From assembly GCA_020633415.1 (NCBI GenBank), contig JACKDQ010000002.1, positions 134,945-198,944 on the forward strand: a stretch of 64,000 nucleotides of DNA. Reading direction: 5' to 3'. Source of the DNA: Deltaproteobacteria bacterium. GTDB taxonomy: Bacteria; Myxococcota_A; Polyangia; GCA-2747355. The position numbers were made by a program, and so were the translations under genes. The notes under the pieces were generated by a model that did no database searches, was not told where the DNA came from, and was given only the letters and a program-made list of their open reading frames with translations. Position 1 is the stretch's first letter. The number at the start of each line of letters is the position of its first letter. Below, piece by piece: positions 17,606-27,079 of this stretch.

Positions 17606-19534
17606 TTACTGGCCGCCGGCGCGCAAAGCGCCGCGCTGATCCGTGCGATCGATGTAGCGTCGGTGCCAAAGCTCAAGCCAGAGCAAGTTCCAGATCCGCA
17701 GACCGTGATCGATCGCGCCGCTATCATGCTCGTCGAGCAGTCGCTTGACGCCTTCGCGTTCGAAGTAGCCGCGGCCGATCGCCTGAGGCGAAAGCAACGC
17801 GTCGCGAGCCAGACTGCGCAAGTCGCCGCGTAGCCAACGCGCGTGGGGGATCCCAAACCCGCGCTTGCGACGGCGCAAGATCGCCGGCGGTAACAAATCG
17901 CGCACCGCCTCGCGAAAGATCCGCTTGCCGCGGAATCCGTGAAGCTTGAGGCTCGGAGGCAAGCGTGCGGCGAACTCGAGCACGTGGTGGTCGACGATCG
18001 GCGACCGTACTTCCAGTGAGTGTGCCATCGAGGCGATGTCGACTTTGACGAAAATATCGTCGGGCAGATAGCTGTTGCTGTCGATGTCCAACAGCAGATC
18101 GACGGCATTGCGCGCGCTACTTTGCTTGGCGATCCCCTGCAGCAGTTGGGCGGTCGCGTCGATTTCGCTGAGGCCGAGCGATTGCGCTGCTACGCGTTCG
18201 AGTGACTGGCGATTAAAGTTGCCAAACTCAGCGACGTAGCGCATCTCGGGCGACAACTGGATCCGATAGGCGCGGTGGCGAATATCGGCAAACAGTTCGC
18301 GCAGCTTGCGACGTGCTCCAACGTTGGGCAGTCGTTCGAGGGCTTGTGCGATCGGCTGAACCAACAGCTTCGGCAGTCGACCATAGAGGCGTGCGCCACG
18401 CTCATAGGCGTAGCGCGTGTAACCGGCAAAAGTCTCGTCACCGCCGTCGCCCGACAGCGACACCGTGACGTGCTTGCGCGTCATCCGCGAAAGACAATAG
18501 GTTGGGACCGCCGATGGATCGGAAAACGGCTCGCCGTACTGCTCAACCAACGTCGGCAGCAGCGCGGCAGCGTCTGGGCGGACGATCTCTTCGTAGTGCT
18601 CGGTCCTGCAATGCTCGGCGACAAGCCGCGCATACTCGAGCTCGGAAAAGTCCGCATCATCGAAGCCGATCGAGAAGGTCTTAACCGGGTGCGGCGAGTG
18701 CCTCGCCATCAGCGCAACGATCGCTGACGAATCGACGCCGCCCGAAAGAAACGCCCCAAGGGGCACGTCAGCGATCATTCGCGCGCGGACCGCATCATCG
18801 AGCAGATCGCGCAGATCCGCGGCAACCTCGCGCACGGGCCGGCGATCGTAATCGGCAAAATCGAGCTTCCAATAGCGATGAGACTCGAGCTTGCCATCGC
18901 GCAACAAGACGTAGTGCCCGGGCAACACTTTCTTCACGCCGCTGAACAAACATTGGCTCGAGGGCACAAAGCCGAGCGACATGTAATGGGTCATCGCCAC
19001 AACGTCGACATTGCGTTCGACCTCGTCGTCGAGCAGCAAGGTGCGCACTTCCGAAGCGAAACTGAATCCGCGTCTTCCTGCGTGATAATAGAGTGGCTTC
19101 TGACCGACGCGGTCGCGCGCCATCATCAGCGTTCGCGTCCGTCGGTCCCAAATCGCGAAAGCGAACATACCGCGCAATTCGTTGACGCAGGCTGGACCCT
19201 TGTGACGATAGAGCTCGAGCAGCACCTCGGTATCGCAGCGCGTCTTGAGGCGTACACCGTGCTGAGCCAGCTCAGCGCCGAGCTCATTGAAGTTGTAGAT
19301 CTCGCCGTTAAAAACCACGGCCACCTGGCCGTCTGCGCTGATCATCGGCTGATTGGCTTCGGGACGCAGGTCGAGAATCGATAGGCGCGCATGAGCCAAA
19401 GCGACCGAACCGTCGACGTGAACGCCTGCCGCGTCCGGACCGCGATGATGCAGCGACTTGGCCATCGCTTTGGCCAAGGCCTCTGCAGCAGGTGCTTGCG
19501 GATCAAACCAGAGGTGACCGGCTATTCCACACAT
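17606..19534 (-). CDS. asnB: asparagine synthase (glutamine-hydrolysing)-family amidotransferase
   Basis: N-terminal MCGIAG (Ntn Cys2 nucleophile) fixes the start at 19534. PP-loop FLSGGVDSS. At 642 aa it is longer than housekeeping AsnB and sits in an envelope operon. Confidence 0.9.
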   Translation of the reverse strand: MCGIAGHLWFDPQAPAAEALAKAMAKSLHHRGPDAAGVHVDGSVALAHARLSILDLRPEANQPMISADGQVAVVFNGEIYNFNELGAELAQHGVRLKTRCDTEVLLELYRHKGPACVNELRGMFAFAIWDRRTRTLMMARDRVGQKPLYYHAGRRGFSFASEVRTLLLDDEVERNVDVVAMTHYMSLGFVPSSQCLFSGVKKVLPGHYVLLRDGKLESHRYWKLDFADYDRRPVREVAADLRDLLDDAVRARMIADVPLGAFLSGGVDSSAIVALMARHSPHPVKTFSIGFDDADFSELEYARLVAEHCRTEHYEEIVRPDAAALLPTLVEQYGEPFSDPSAVPTYCLSRMTRKHVTVSLSGDGGDETFAGYTRYAYERGARLYGRLPKLLVQPIAQALERLPNVGARRKLRELFADIRHRAYRIQLSPEMRYVAEFGNFNRQSLERVAAQSLGLSEIDATAQLLQGIAKQSSARNAVDLLLDIDSNSYLPDDIFVKVDIASMAHSLEVRSPIVDHHVLEFAARLPPSLKLHGFRGKRIFREAVRDLLPPAILRRRKRGFGIPHARWLRGDLRSLARDALLSPQAIGRGYFEREGVKRLLDEHDSGAIDHGLRIWNLLWLELWHRRYIDRTDQRGALRAGGQ

Positions 19535-19538
19535 ACTC

Positions 19539-22500
19539 TCACTCTTTATCTTGCGTCGGTTGATCCGACGACACGCGCGTCGGCGCAAGCAACGTAATCA
19601 AGGCCGGCAAGGCATAGGTCGAGGCGATAAACAAACTGACCAACCCGACGATCGCTGCCTGGCCAAGCGAACGCAACCCGGGGTGAGCCGCCAAGGCCAT
19701 GTTGCCAAAACCGACCACCGAAGTAGCGGCGCAAAAGAAGATCACGCCAAACAGCGCACCGCGAGCGCGCGCGACGCTCCGTTCGCCCTGATAGCGGTGA
19801 ACGAAATGGATGCCGTAGTCGATGCCGATGCCGAGCAGCGCCGGCAAGACGACAAAGTTGAAGATGTTGAGCTTGATGTCCAACATGCGCAATGCCAAGA
19901 ACGTCCATAGCATGCCGATGGCAACCGGTGCAAAGGCCAGTAAGCCCAGGCGCCAACTGCGAAAGTCAGCAACGGCCGCCAACAAAACCACGATAAACGC
20001 GATCAACAAGGCGATCCGTCCGTCGCGCAGCATGATCTCGACCACATCGGTGATCACAAGCTCGCTCGACGACACATGGAAACGTCCGGCTGCGACAACC
20101 GGCTGTTCCAGCCGGCGTTCCACGGGAAGGAGATCGCCGCGCACCCAGCCGACCAGCTGTCCGCGCAGACCACCCTCGGTCGCCTTGCCTTGCTTGTAAG
20201 CCTCAGCCGTTTCGATCAACGAAGCGAAGGCCGCGCGACCGTCGTGTTTGAAACCGGCCAGACGTGCTTTGCAGGCGTCGATCGACGGGACAGGCGTCGC
20301 TGCGCTCGCAGGCGTATCGCGCTCAGCGGTCATCCCCGGGCAAGCGACCTCCACGCGCCGCCCTTCGACGTGAACGTTGCCCCCACCAAGCACGGCTAAC
20401 GGACTAAATAGCGGCGTACCGGCGAAATTTCCAACCTGATCTTTGAACCGCCGGGCTTGCCGACTGTCGCTGATGTTGATGCCGTAATAGGCCATACCGA
20501 CCCAAACATCCCCAAAGCCCGGCCCGCGAAAACTGCGCCGCACCGGCGACGGCAAGTCCGCCACATCGAAGGGCTGCGCGGCGGCCATCTTGCGCAGCAG
20601 CGGCAAGCGAATCTGCTCGCGCGTCTTCTTGCCGACCAAGTTCCATCGCTTGCGATGTAGCAACCGCTTGAGGTCGTCGAGGATCAGTCGTTTCTCCCGC
20701 TGACGCTCGGGGATCAAGCTGAGGATCGAGGCCGTCTTGCGCACCGTCGAGCGCTCGCCGAGGCGCCGGCGACTGATTTCGATCGCATCCAACGCAGCGC
20801 GCAGGTGGTCGCGCGAGGGCGTCAACATCAACGTTGGGGTAAACGACTCCCCCAGACATTGACCACAACGGTCGAGAACCTCGTCGGGCCGGCCGGTGGG
20901 ACGCAGCACGCTATGGTCGTACTCGATCTGCACCGTTGCTGCGCTATAGACACCACCCGCAGCCAAGAGCAAAGCAACGATCGACACCCAGCGGGCGGCA
21001 CGGATCGGTCGACGCGGGCGTGCCGCCGCTGCCTCGAGGGTACCCACCCGCAGCATGCCGGAGCGTTCAGCCAAGCGGATCAACGCTGGGAGCACAAACA
21101 GGAACGCCACCAGCGCGAACAGAATGCCAACGCCAGCGATCAAGCCAAACTCGGAAAAACCACGAAAGTCGGAAACCATCAGCGCGAACAGCGCCGCTGC
21201 ACTCGTCAAGGCCGATGTCGTCGTGGCGCGTCCAGTGTCGAGCAGAGTCGTCTCCAACGCGTCGTCGAGCTCGGCACCCGCCTGACGTTCCTCGCGATAG
21301 CGCCCGTAGAGCTGCATGCCGTAGTCGATGCCAAGACCAAACAGCACCGCGAACAGAAACCCGGTGACGACGTTGACGCTACCGATGGTCAACACGACAA
21401 TGCCGAAGGTCCAGATGATCGACATCGCCAGCGGCAACAAAACGAAGACAAAGCCGACCAAACGGCGAAAGTAGAGCGCCAGCATCAAGGCGATGCCACC
21501 GATCGCAAGCCAGGCCAACCCAAGAATATCGGCGATCGTTTCGTCGTACTCGGCGAGTTTGCGAACACCATCTCCGCCAATATCCAAGCGCAACAGTGAG
21601 TCTGCGGGGAGCTTTTCCTCGGCGAGAATCCGCGAGATATCGCTCCGCAGACGACGCAGGTTGCCCAAGCTGGATCGGTTCTCGTGGGGATATACCAGGA
21701 TGCCGGCCGACGCGCCGTCGTGGGCCAAATAGTACGCGCTCTGCTCGGCAAGTCGGTGACGCTGCGACTCGATCAGCTCGCTAAGATCGGACTTTGGGGC
21801 CTTGGACGAATCGCCTTCATCCTCATCAAGCGCGACAAAAACGCCCGTGGCCTTGGCCGTCTCGCGATCGAACGTTTCACTGAGCTTGCGATAGAGGCGC
21901 TTGAGCTCGTCAACGGCGAGATAGTAAAGCCCGCGCTCTTTGAAGAAATCCACCGGCTTTTCGACGACGACGCGGCCGACAAGCGGGCTGGTGCGCAACC
22001 GATCAGCTAGCGCCCGCAGTCGGGGCATGTGCTCGTCCAGCGATACGTCCGGTCGCCAAACGGCCGTCAGCTGCCAATCACATCCGGCCGGCTTGGGCGT
22101 ACACCCTGGAGGCGGCCAGCTGCTCGGAGGGTCGACAGTGTGAAACGCCGCCGGAAACCAGGCCTCGCGTGGCTCACTGCGGCGCAGATAACTGCAGTGC
22201 GTGCCCGCCGCCCAAACCTTGCTACGCCCGCGCGAGAACACCGCGCGCAAATCGGTATTCTCGGCGACACTGCGATCGGACAGCGCTTTGCCGTCGAAGA
22301 ACAGCGCCGTACCGCTATCGCCGACCGCATAAACGTAGCGCTCGTCAGCGCCGCTCACACCTCGCAGATCGACCTGCGTAGGCGCCGCAATCGCCCGCCA
22401 GCCATCGTCCCCGCGCCGCAGAAAGGTTCCGCCGTCGCCAACCGCAAAGGCTGTGCCTCCCTCAGCGACCCACACGCCGCGGAGGTCCTTTTTCACCGGG

Positions 22501-23156
22501 CTGGACTCCGGTACGAAAGCATCATCGTGCCAGCGCAGAATCAAGCCGCCATCGCCCACAACGAACAGTGATCGTCCCGCACCAGCAACAGCGTTGAGTC
22601 TCACCTTGGTCGGACTCGCGACCTGCTGCCACGCTCGTCCATCGAACCGCAACACGCGACCGCTATCACCAACCGCGAATACCCGCGTCGACGATGCGCA
22701 ATACAGACCGCGCAACGTGGTGGTCGTCGGGCTCCGCACCGAGCGCCAGCTCTTGCCATCGTAGTGGTGGAGCGCACCGCCTGCGCCCGCTGCCCAGACA
22801 TTGCGAGGTGAGCTACCGCACACGGTATACAGCGGCTGTGACGTCGGATCGCTCTGCCAGTGCTTGCCATCGTGACGCAGCAGCTCGCCGCGTGCGGTCA
22901 CCGCAAAATGGAAGCTCTTGCTGAGCAGCACCATGAAACCGGTGTCGGTCGGATAGCTCTTTTGAATGCGGCGCAGCACCCGCAAGTCACGGTTATCCTC
23001 GGGGAGCAGGTTGGTTAGATCGCTGTCGAAGCGCAGTTTGTCGAGCGACATCAACGCCGCCACCGTCAAACCGGCCGCGACAACAAGTACGGACCAAGAT
23101 CGGCGACTGGTACTTGCCGCCAGCCGACTCAGTCCTCTTAGTGGATCGAATGCCAT
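19539..23156 (-). CDS. MMPL/RND-type exporter with a beta-propeller inserted in the first periplasmic loop
   Basis: Two 5-6 TM bundles, each with G(I/L)GIDYG...RY(R/Q)(E/G)E motifs. Residues ~83-335 carry seven (V/A)xA(V/A)GDxGxxLxxDGxxW repeats. Confidence 0.85.
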   Translation of the reverse strand: MAFDPLRGLSRLAASTSRRSWSVLVVAAGLTVAALMSLDKLRFDSDLTNLLPEDNRDLRVLRRIQKSYPTDTGFMVLLSKSFHFAVTARGELLRHDGKHWQSDPTSQPLYTVCGSSPRNVWAAGAGGALHHYDGKSWRSVRSPTTTTLRGLYCASSTRVFAVGDSGRVLRFDGRAWQQVASPTKVRLNAVAGAGRSLFVVGDGGLILRWHDDAFVPESSPVKKDLRGVWVAEGGTAFAVGDGGTFLRRGDDGWRAIAAPTQVDLRGVSGADERYVYAVGDSGTALFFDGKALSDRSVAENTDLRAVFSRGRSKVWAAGTHCSYLRRSEPREAWFPAAFHTVDPPSSWPPPGCTPKPAGCDWQLTAVWRPDVSLDEHMPRLRALADRLRTSPLVGRVVVEKPVDFFKERGLYYLAVDELKRLYRKLSETFDRETAKATGVFVALDEDEGDSSKAPKSDLSELIESQRHRLAEQSAYYLAHDGASAGILVYPHENRSSLGNLRRLRSDISRILAEEKLPADSLLRLDIGGDGVRKLAEYDETIADILGLAWLAIGGIALMLALYFRRLVGFVFVLLPLAMSIIWTFGIVVLTIGSVNVVTGFLFAVLFGLGIDYGMQLYGRYREERQAGAELDDALETTLLDTGRATTTSALTSAAALFALMVSDFRGFSEFGLIAGVGILFALVAFLFVLPALIRLAERSGMLRVGTLEAAAARPRRPIRAARWVSIVALLLAAGGVYSAATVQIEYDHSVLRPTGRPDEVLDRCGQCLGESFTPTLMLTPSRDHLRAALDAIEISRRRLGERSTVRKTASILSLIPERQREKRLILDDLKRLLHRKRWNLVGKKTREQIRLPLLRKMAAAQPFDVADLPSPVRRSFRGPGFGDVWVGMAYYGINISDSRQARRFKDQVGNFAGTPLFSPLAVLGGGNVHVEGRRVEVACPGMTAERDTPASAATPVPSIDACKARLAGFKHDGRAAFASLIETAEAYKQGKATEGGLRGQLVGWVRGDLLPVERRLEQPVVAAGRFHVSSSELVITDVVEIMLRDGRIALLIAFIVVLLAAVADFRSWRLGLLAFAPVAIGMLWTFLALRMLDIKLNIFNFVVLPALLGIGIDYGIHFVHRYQGERSVARARGALFGVIFFCAATSVVGFGNMALAAHPGLRSLGQAAIVGLVSLFIASTYALPALITLLAPTRVSSDQPTQDKE
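22152..22910 (-). repeat. seven ~36-42-aa blade repeats (Ycf48/BNR-like beta-propeller) inside the MMPL gene
   Basis: VWAAGAGGALHHYDGKSW, VFAVGDSGRVLRFDGRAW, LFVVGDGGLILRWHDDAF, AFAVGDGGTFLRRGDDGW, VYAVGDSGTALFFDGKAL, VWAAGTHCSYLRR, plus a partial first blade. Confidence 0.65.
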
Positions 23157-23170
23157 CGGTTGCGCTGGTC

Positions 23171-24691
23171 CTAACGGTCCTGGTTTCGTCTATTTCGCCA
23201 TTTATCGATCGCCTGGCGTTCCTCGCGACCTAGCCCGAATAGCAGCACCGCCGCTCCGTATGCCGTGAGCATGATCACCGTACCAACCACCAAACGCATG
23301 ACCAGATTTTCGGGTAGTCGCGGAGCAACGAAGTACATCAAACATATCGTCGCGCTACCGATCGCGACGAGGCGAAGCCCCAAGGACGAAAACGGTTGAA
23401 CACGCTGCAAACGCACCACCAAGAGTAGTTGCAGCAGCTGATAGAACGCCACCGACACCGCGGAGGCTAGTGCCGCGCCGATCAGGCCAAACCGCGGAAC
23501 GGTGAACAAGCAGACCGCGATGTTGAGCGCGGCCGACAAGGCGTTGTTGAGTAGGATCAGATCAGATCTCCCCGCCATCCCTAGCACCCAGCCCACCAGG
23601 CCGAGCGAACAGTTGAACACATGCCCTAAGACAAGGATCAGGAAAGCGGCGGCGCCGCTGGAGAAACCCTTGCCGAACAGACTCAGCAGCTCGACGCGAA
23701 AGCCAACGATAAACGCGACGACCGGAAAGGTCAGCAGCAGCACCCAGCGTGTCATCAGCTTAAGGTTGTAGCTTAGGCGCGCACGATCACCCTGCGCGAG
23801 CGCTTCGGAAAGCACCGGCGAGGCGACCGGATCAAACGCATAGCGAGCATTCGACACCGATCGGCTCAGCAATTCGGCTGCCGCGTAAACGCCGACAACG
23901 CTCTCGTCGGCGTAGAAACTGAGGATGATCAGGTCTGCGCGCTGCAACACGCCATTGAGCGCCTCAGAAAGTCCCATCGGCATCGAGAAGCGCACCATCT
24001 CCCAATGGGGCGGGCCCTGACGAAGCTGCTGCCAAAACGATCCCTGATCGAACACACGCGCGGTGACGACGAAAGCCCAAACGGCGGTGATCGCCGTGGC
24101 GATCAGATGCGAAGCGCACAGCGCCAACAACGAACGCGAAAAGTGGCTAGCGATGATCGCCGCCGCCATCAGCAACAACGGCTGTCCCAGCCCGCGCACA
24201 TAGAGATTGAAGCGCATCACCTTGGCCGCCATCGTCGCCGAGATCAGCACCGCGATCAGTGCAGTGAACGGCGCACTGGGCGCCAACAGGCGCAGAGGTC
24301 TAACGATCGAGGGGTTTTCCTGAAGCGCAGCCAGCGGCGCAGCCAACAGCGCCATCAGCGCTGCCAGCGCAGCGCCGGTCGCCGCGGTCGCCCAAAACGC
24401 CGTCGAGAGCGTCCGACGCAGTAGATCGTCCTCGCCGACGGCGCGATGGGCGGCGATATGCCGCAGCACCCCTTTGTCCATGCCGAGCATGGCGAAGCGC
24501 GCGACGATTTCAAGCAAACCGACCGCCACGGAATACGCGCCGTAGAGCGCCTTGCCAAAAAAGCGCGCCACGACGGCGTGGTATGCGGGTAAGGCAAGGC
24601 CTGCGATCACCGCCAGCAGATTGGTACCGCCGCCTTTGGCAGCGTGACGCACGTCAGCGCGGCGACTTTGCTCGGAGCTCGTCACGCGCAT
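23171..24691 (-). CDS. polysaccharide/oligosaccharide flippase (MOP/Wzx-like) membrane protein
   Basis: 506 aa and highly hydrophobic, with about 12-14 predicted TM segments. Lies 14 nt upstream of the MMPL gene. Family call is from architecture only. Confidence 0.7.
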   Translation of the reverse strand: MRVTSSEQSRRADVRHAAKGGGTNLLAVIAGLALPAYHAVVARFFGKALYGAYSVAVGLLEIVARFAMLGMDKGVLRHIAAHRAVGEDDLLRRTLSTAFWATAATGAALAALMALLAAPLAALQENPSIVRPLRLLAPSAPFTALIAVLISATMAAKVMRFNLYVRGLGQPLLLMAAAIIASHFSRSLLALCASHLIATAITAVWAFVVTARVFDQGSFWQQLRQGPPHWEMVRFSMPMGLSEALNGVLQRADLIILSFYADESVVGVYAAAELLSRSVSNARYAFDPVASPVLSEALAQGDRARLSYNLKLMTRWVLLLTFPVVAFIVGFRVELLSLFGKGFSSGAAAFLILVLGHVFNCSLGLVGWVLGMAGRSDLILLNNALSAALNIAVCLFTVPRFGLIGAALASAVSVAFYQLLQLLLVVRLQRVQPFSSLGLRLVAIGSATICLMYFVAPRLPENLVMRLVVGTVIMLTAYGAAVLLFGLGREERQAIDKWRNRRNQDR

Positions 24692-24834
24692 CAGTATCGA
24701 AAAACGATCGGGTGGTCAATGGGCCCATCGGCGGCCTGCGACGCGCGCGTACTCAGACAAACACCTGTTATCAGTGCATTTACAATGCCTAGGCAGATAC
24801 CGCCTGCCGGTATATCGTCCGCTCAGCGAGGCCG

Positions 24835-25962
24835 ATGGCAGAAAAATCGACCAAGATCTTCTTTTTGATTCCGAGCCTGACCCAAGGCGGTGCGGAGCGC
24901 CAGGTGCTGGAACTGATCCGCCGGCTGCCCGCGCGCTTTCAACCGGTGCTGGCGTTGTTCCACGACGATGTCTACTACCGTGACCTCTTACCTGCAGGCC
25001 AGCCGCGCTACGTGCTCGGCGCCAACAAGATGTCACGCTCGACCTTTGCCCAGTTGGTGTCGATCCTGCGCAAAGAGCGCCCAACGATCTTTCAAGGCTT
25101 TCTCAATCAAGCCAGCTTCTGGGGGCGTCTGGCCGCCCTCCGTGCCGGCGTGCCGGTGATTCTCGGCGCCTGTCGCGCGCGCATGATCGAGCCACAGTAT
25201 CTTGCGTTTGAGTCGTTGCTCTGTCGGCTAACCGGGGGAGTCTTAACAAACTCGGTCGGAGTAGAGCACGAACTGCGAACCCTTGCTGGGGTGCCAGCGC
25301 ACAAGATCCACGTCGTGCCCAACTTCCTCGACCTCGAGACATTCCGCCCACCGACAGATCAAGAACGTCGAGCGGCGCGGCTCCAATGGGGTCTCGGCGC
25401 CGAGCAGCGCGTGATGCTGATGCCGGGGCGAATCTGCCTACAGAAACATCAGCCAGGGTTGCTGCTGGCGATCGAACAGCTGGTGGCATGCGGCGCGATC
25501 GCCAACGACGACGTGTTGCTGCTGGCCGGCCGTCTCAAGGGGGGTACTGTCGCCCCACTGGTCGAGAGGATGGTCCAGCGTCCGCCACTTTCAAGCCACG
25601 TTCGTCTACTGGGGTCGCAGCGCGACATTCGCTCGCTCTATTGGGCGGCCGACCTGCTGGTTATGCCCTCCCTTTGGGAAGGCTTGCCCAATGCCGTCCT
25701 CGAAGGCTGTGCCTGCGGATTGCCCGCTGTGGTATCCCACGCCGCCAACGTCGACGGCATCGTCGATCCACAGCGAACCGGATTCGAAAACATCACCGCC
25801 GACCGGCAAGACTTGATCCACGCACTGCGCACAGCGCTAGCCCTCGATCGCGCTGCCTGGCGCGAGATGGGCCAACGCGCACGGCAGCGGATGGAGCAGC
25901 GCTATCACCCTGATGGTGTGTTGCGGCAGATGACCAGCCTCTACGACAGCCTGGCCGCCTGA
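24835..25962 (+). CDS. glycosyltransferase family 4 (GT-B)
   Basis: N-terminal GGAERQ and the C-terminal EGLPNAVLE (E-x7-E) motif. Divergent from the flippase operon. Confidence 0.85.
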   Translation: MAEKSTKIFFLIPSLTQGGAERQVLELIRRLPARFQPVLALFHDDVYYRDLLPAGQPRYVLGANKMSRSTFAQLVSILRKERPTIFQGFLNQASFWGRLAALRAGVPVILGACRARMIEPQYLAFESLLCRLTGGVLTNSVGVEHELRTLAGVPAHKIHVVPNFLDLETFRPPTDQERRAARLQWGLGAEQRVMLMPGRICLQKHQPGLLLAIEQLVACGAIANDDVLLLAGRLKGGTVAPLVERMVQRPPLSSHVRLLGSQRDIRSLYWAADLLVMPSLWEGLPNAVLEGCACGLPAVVSHAANVDGIVDPQRTGFENITADRQDLIHALRTALALDRAAWREMGQRARQRMEQRYHPDGVLRQMTSLYDSLAA

Positions 25963-25986
25963 ACGCACACGAGCTAGCCGTCGCTG

Positions 25987-26754
25987 CTAGAACTTGGAAA
26001 AGTCCGGCGCGCGCTTCTGCATAAACGCCGTGAAGGCTTCGATCGCTTCGGGCGATGTTAGACGCTCCACGAACAGTTCACCTTCGCTGAGCATCGTCTC
26101 GGCGACAAGCTCTGCGGTTCCCGCCCGCAACAGCTGTTTGCAGATTTGCAGCGCTCCGGGAGGCTTTGCGGCGAGCTTTGCCGCGCGCTCGGCGGCGTGC
26201 TGATAGAGCGTCTCGGCATCGACGATCTGATTGACGATGCCGAGCTGGTAGGCGGTCCGGGCATCAAACGCCTCGGCGAAGAACAACAACTCAGCCGCGC
26301 GCTGGGGCCCAACCAAACGGGGCAAGAGGTAGCTCGAGGCAGCCTCGGGAGGTACAGCCAAATCAACAAACGGCAGGCGGAACTTGGCGCGCGGGCTGGC
26401 ATAGACCAAGTCGCAGTGCAGCAACATCGTCGTGCCGACACCGACCGCGTGGCCGTCGACGGCGGCGATCACCGGTTTGCCGAACCCGCTGATCGCCTGC
26501 AGAAAACGAAAGACCGGCGTGTCGGTGTCTTTGGGCGGTTCCTGCAAGAAACTGCCGAGATCGTTGCCGGCGGTGAACACGCCATCCTCGCCGCGAACAA
26601 CGACCACGCGACACGCGCTGCTCTGATCAGCCTGACGCAGCGCCGTGGCAACCGCCTCGTACATCGCCGGGGTCAAGGCGTTCTTCTTTTCGCTGCGGGC
26701 GAAGGTGATCGTGGTGACGCGGTCGGCGGTCTCGATACGGATCAGTTCACTCAT
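25987..26754 (-). CDS. enoyl-CoA hydratase/isomerase (crotonase fold)
   Basis: FTAGNDL and IAAVDGHAVGVGTTMLLHCDL oxyanion-hole segments. 255 aa. Confidence 0.9.
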   Translation of the reverse strand: MSELIRIETADRVTTITFARSEKKNALTPAMYEAVATALRQADQSSACRVVVVRGEDGVFTAGNDLGSFLQEPPKDTDTPVFRFLQAISGFGKPVIAAVDGHAVGVGTTMLLHCDLVYASPRAKFRLPFVDLAVPPEAASSYLLPRLVGPQRAAELLFFAEAFDARTAYQLGIVNQIVDAETLYQHAAERAAKLAAKPPGALQICKQLLRAGTAELVAETMLSEGELFVERLTSPEAIEAFTAFMQKRAPDFSKF

Positions 26755-26849
26755 GGCGCAAGCTTAACGCAAGGTTCGGCGACGAGCACGCCAAACTCTG
26801 CGCAGCTGCGCTTCTTGGGGGGAGCGAGCTCGTTTTCGAGACGGGCTAA

Positions 26850-27043
26850 CGGCGTGCTCGGGACCACCTCGGGGTGGACGCGGTCGCCATCCGTCGTTCA
26901 TCGACGAGCGCCGACGGACCGAACCAACGAGCGTCCCGAGACACGAAATGTGCGCTCGGTCCCCGAACGAAGCGAGCGTTAGGGCGCGCGCATATGCGGT
27001 CGCTCTCCTCAGAGAGAGAGCCGAGGTGGTCCCGAGCACGCCG
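26850..27043. repeat. 23-bp perfect inverted repeat bracketing a 148-bp structured intergenic segment
   Basis: CGGCGTGCTCGGGACCACCTCGG (26850-26872) is the exact reverse complement of 27021-27043. The interior holds two degenerate copies of the GTCCCGAG core and an (AG)5 run. Confidence 0.6.
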
Positions 27044-27079
27044 ACAGCCCCTCACTCACGCCCGGAGAGGGAAGTCGCC

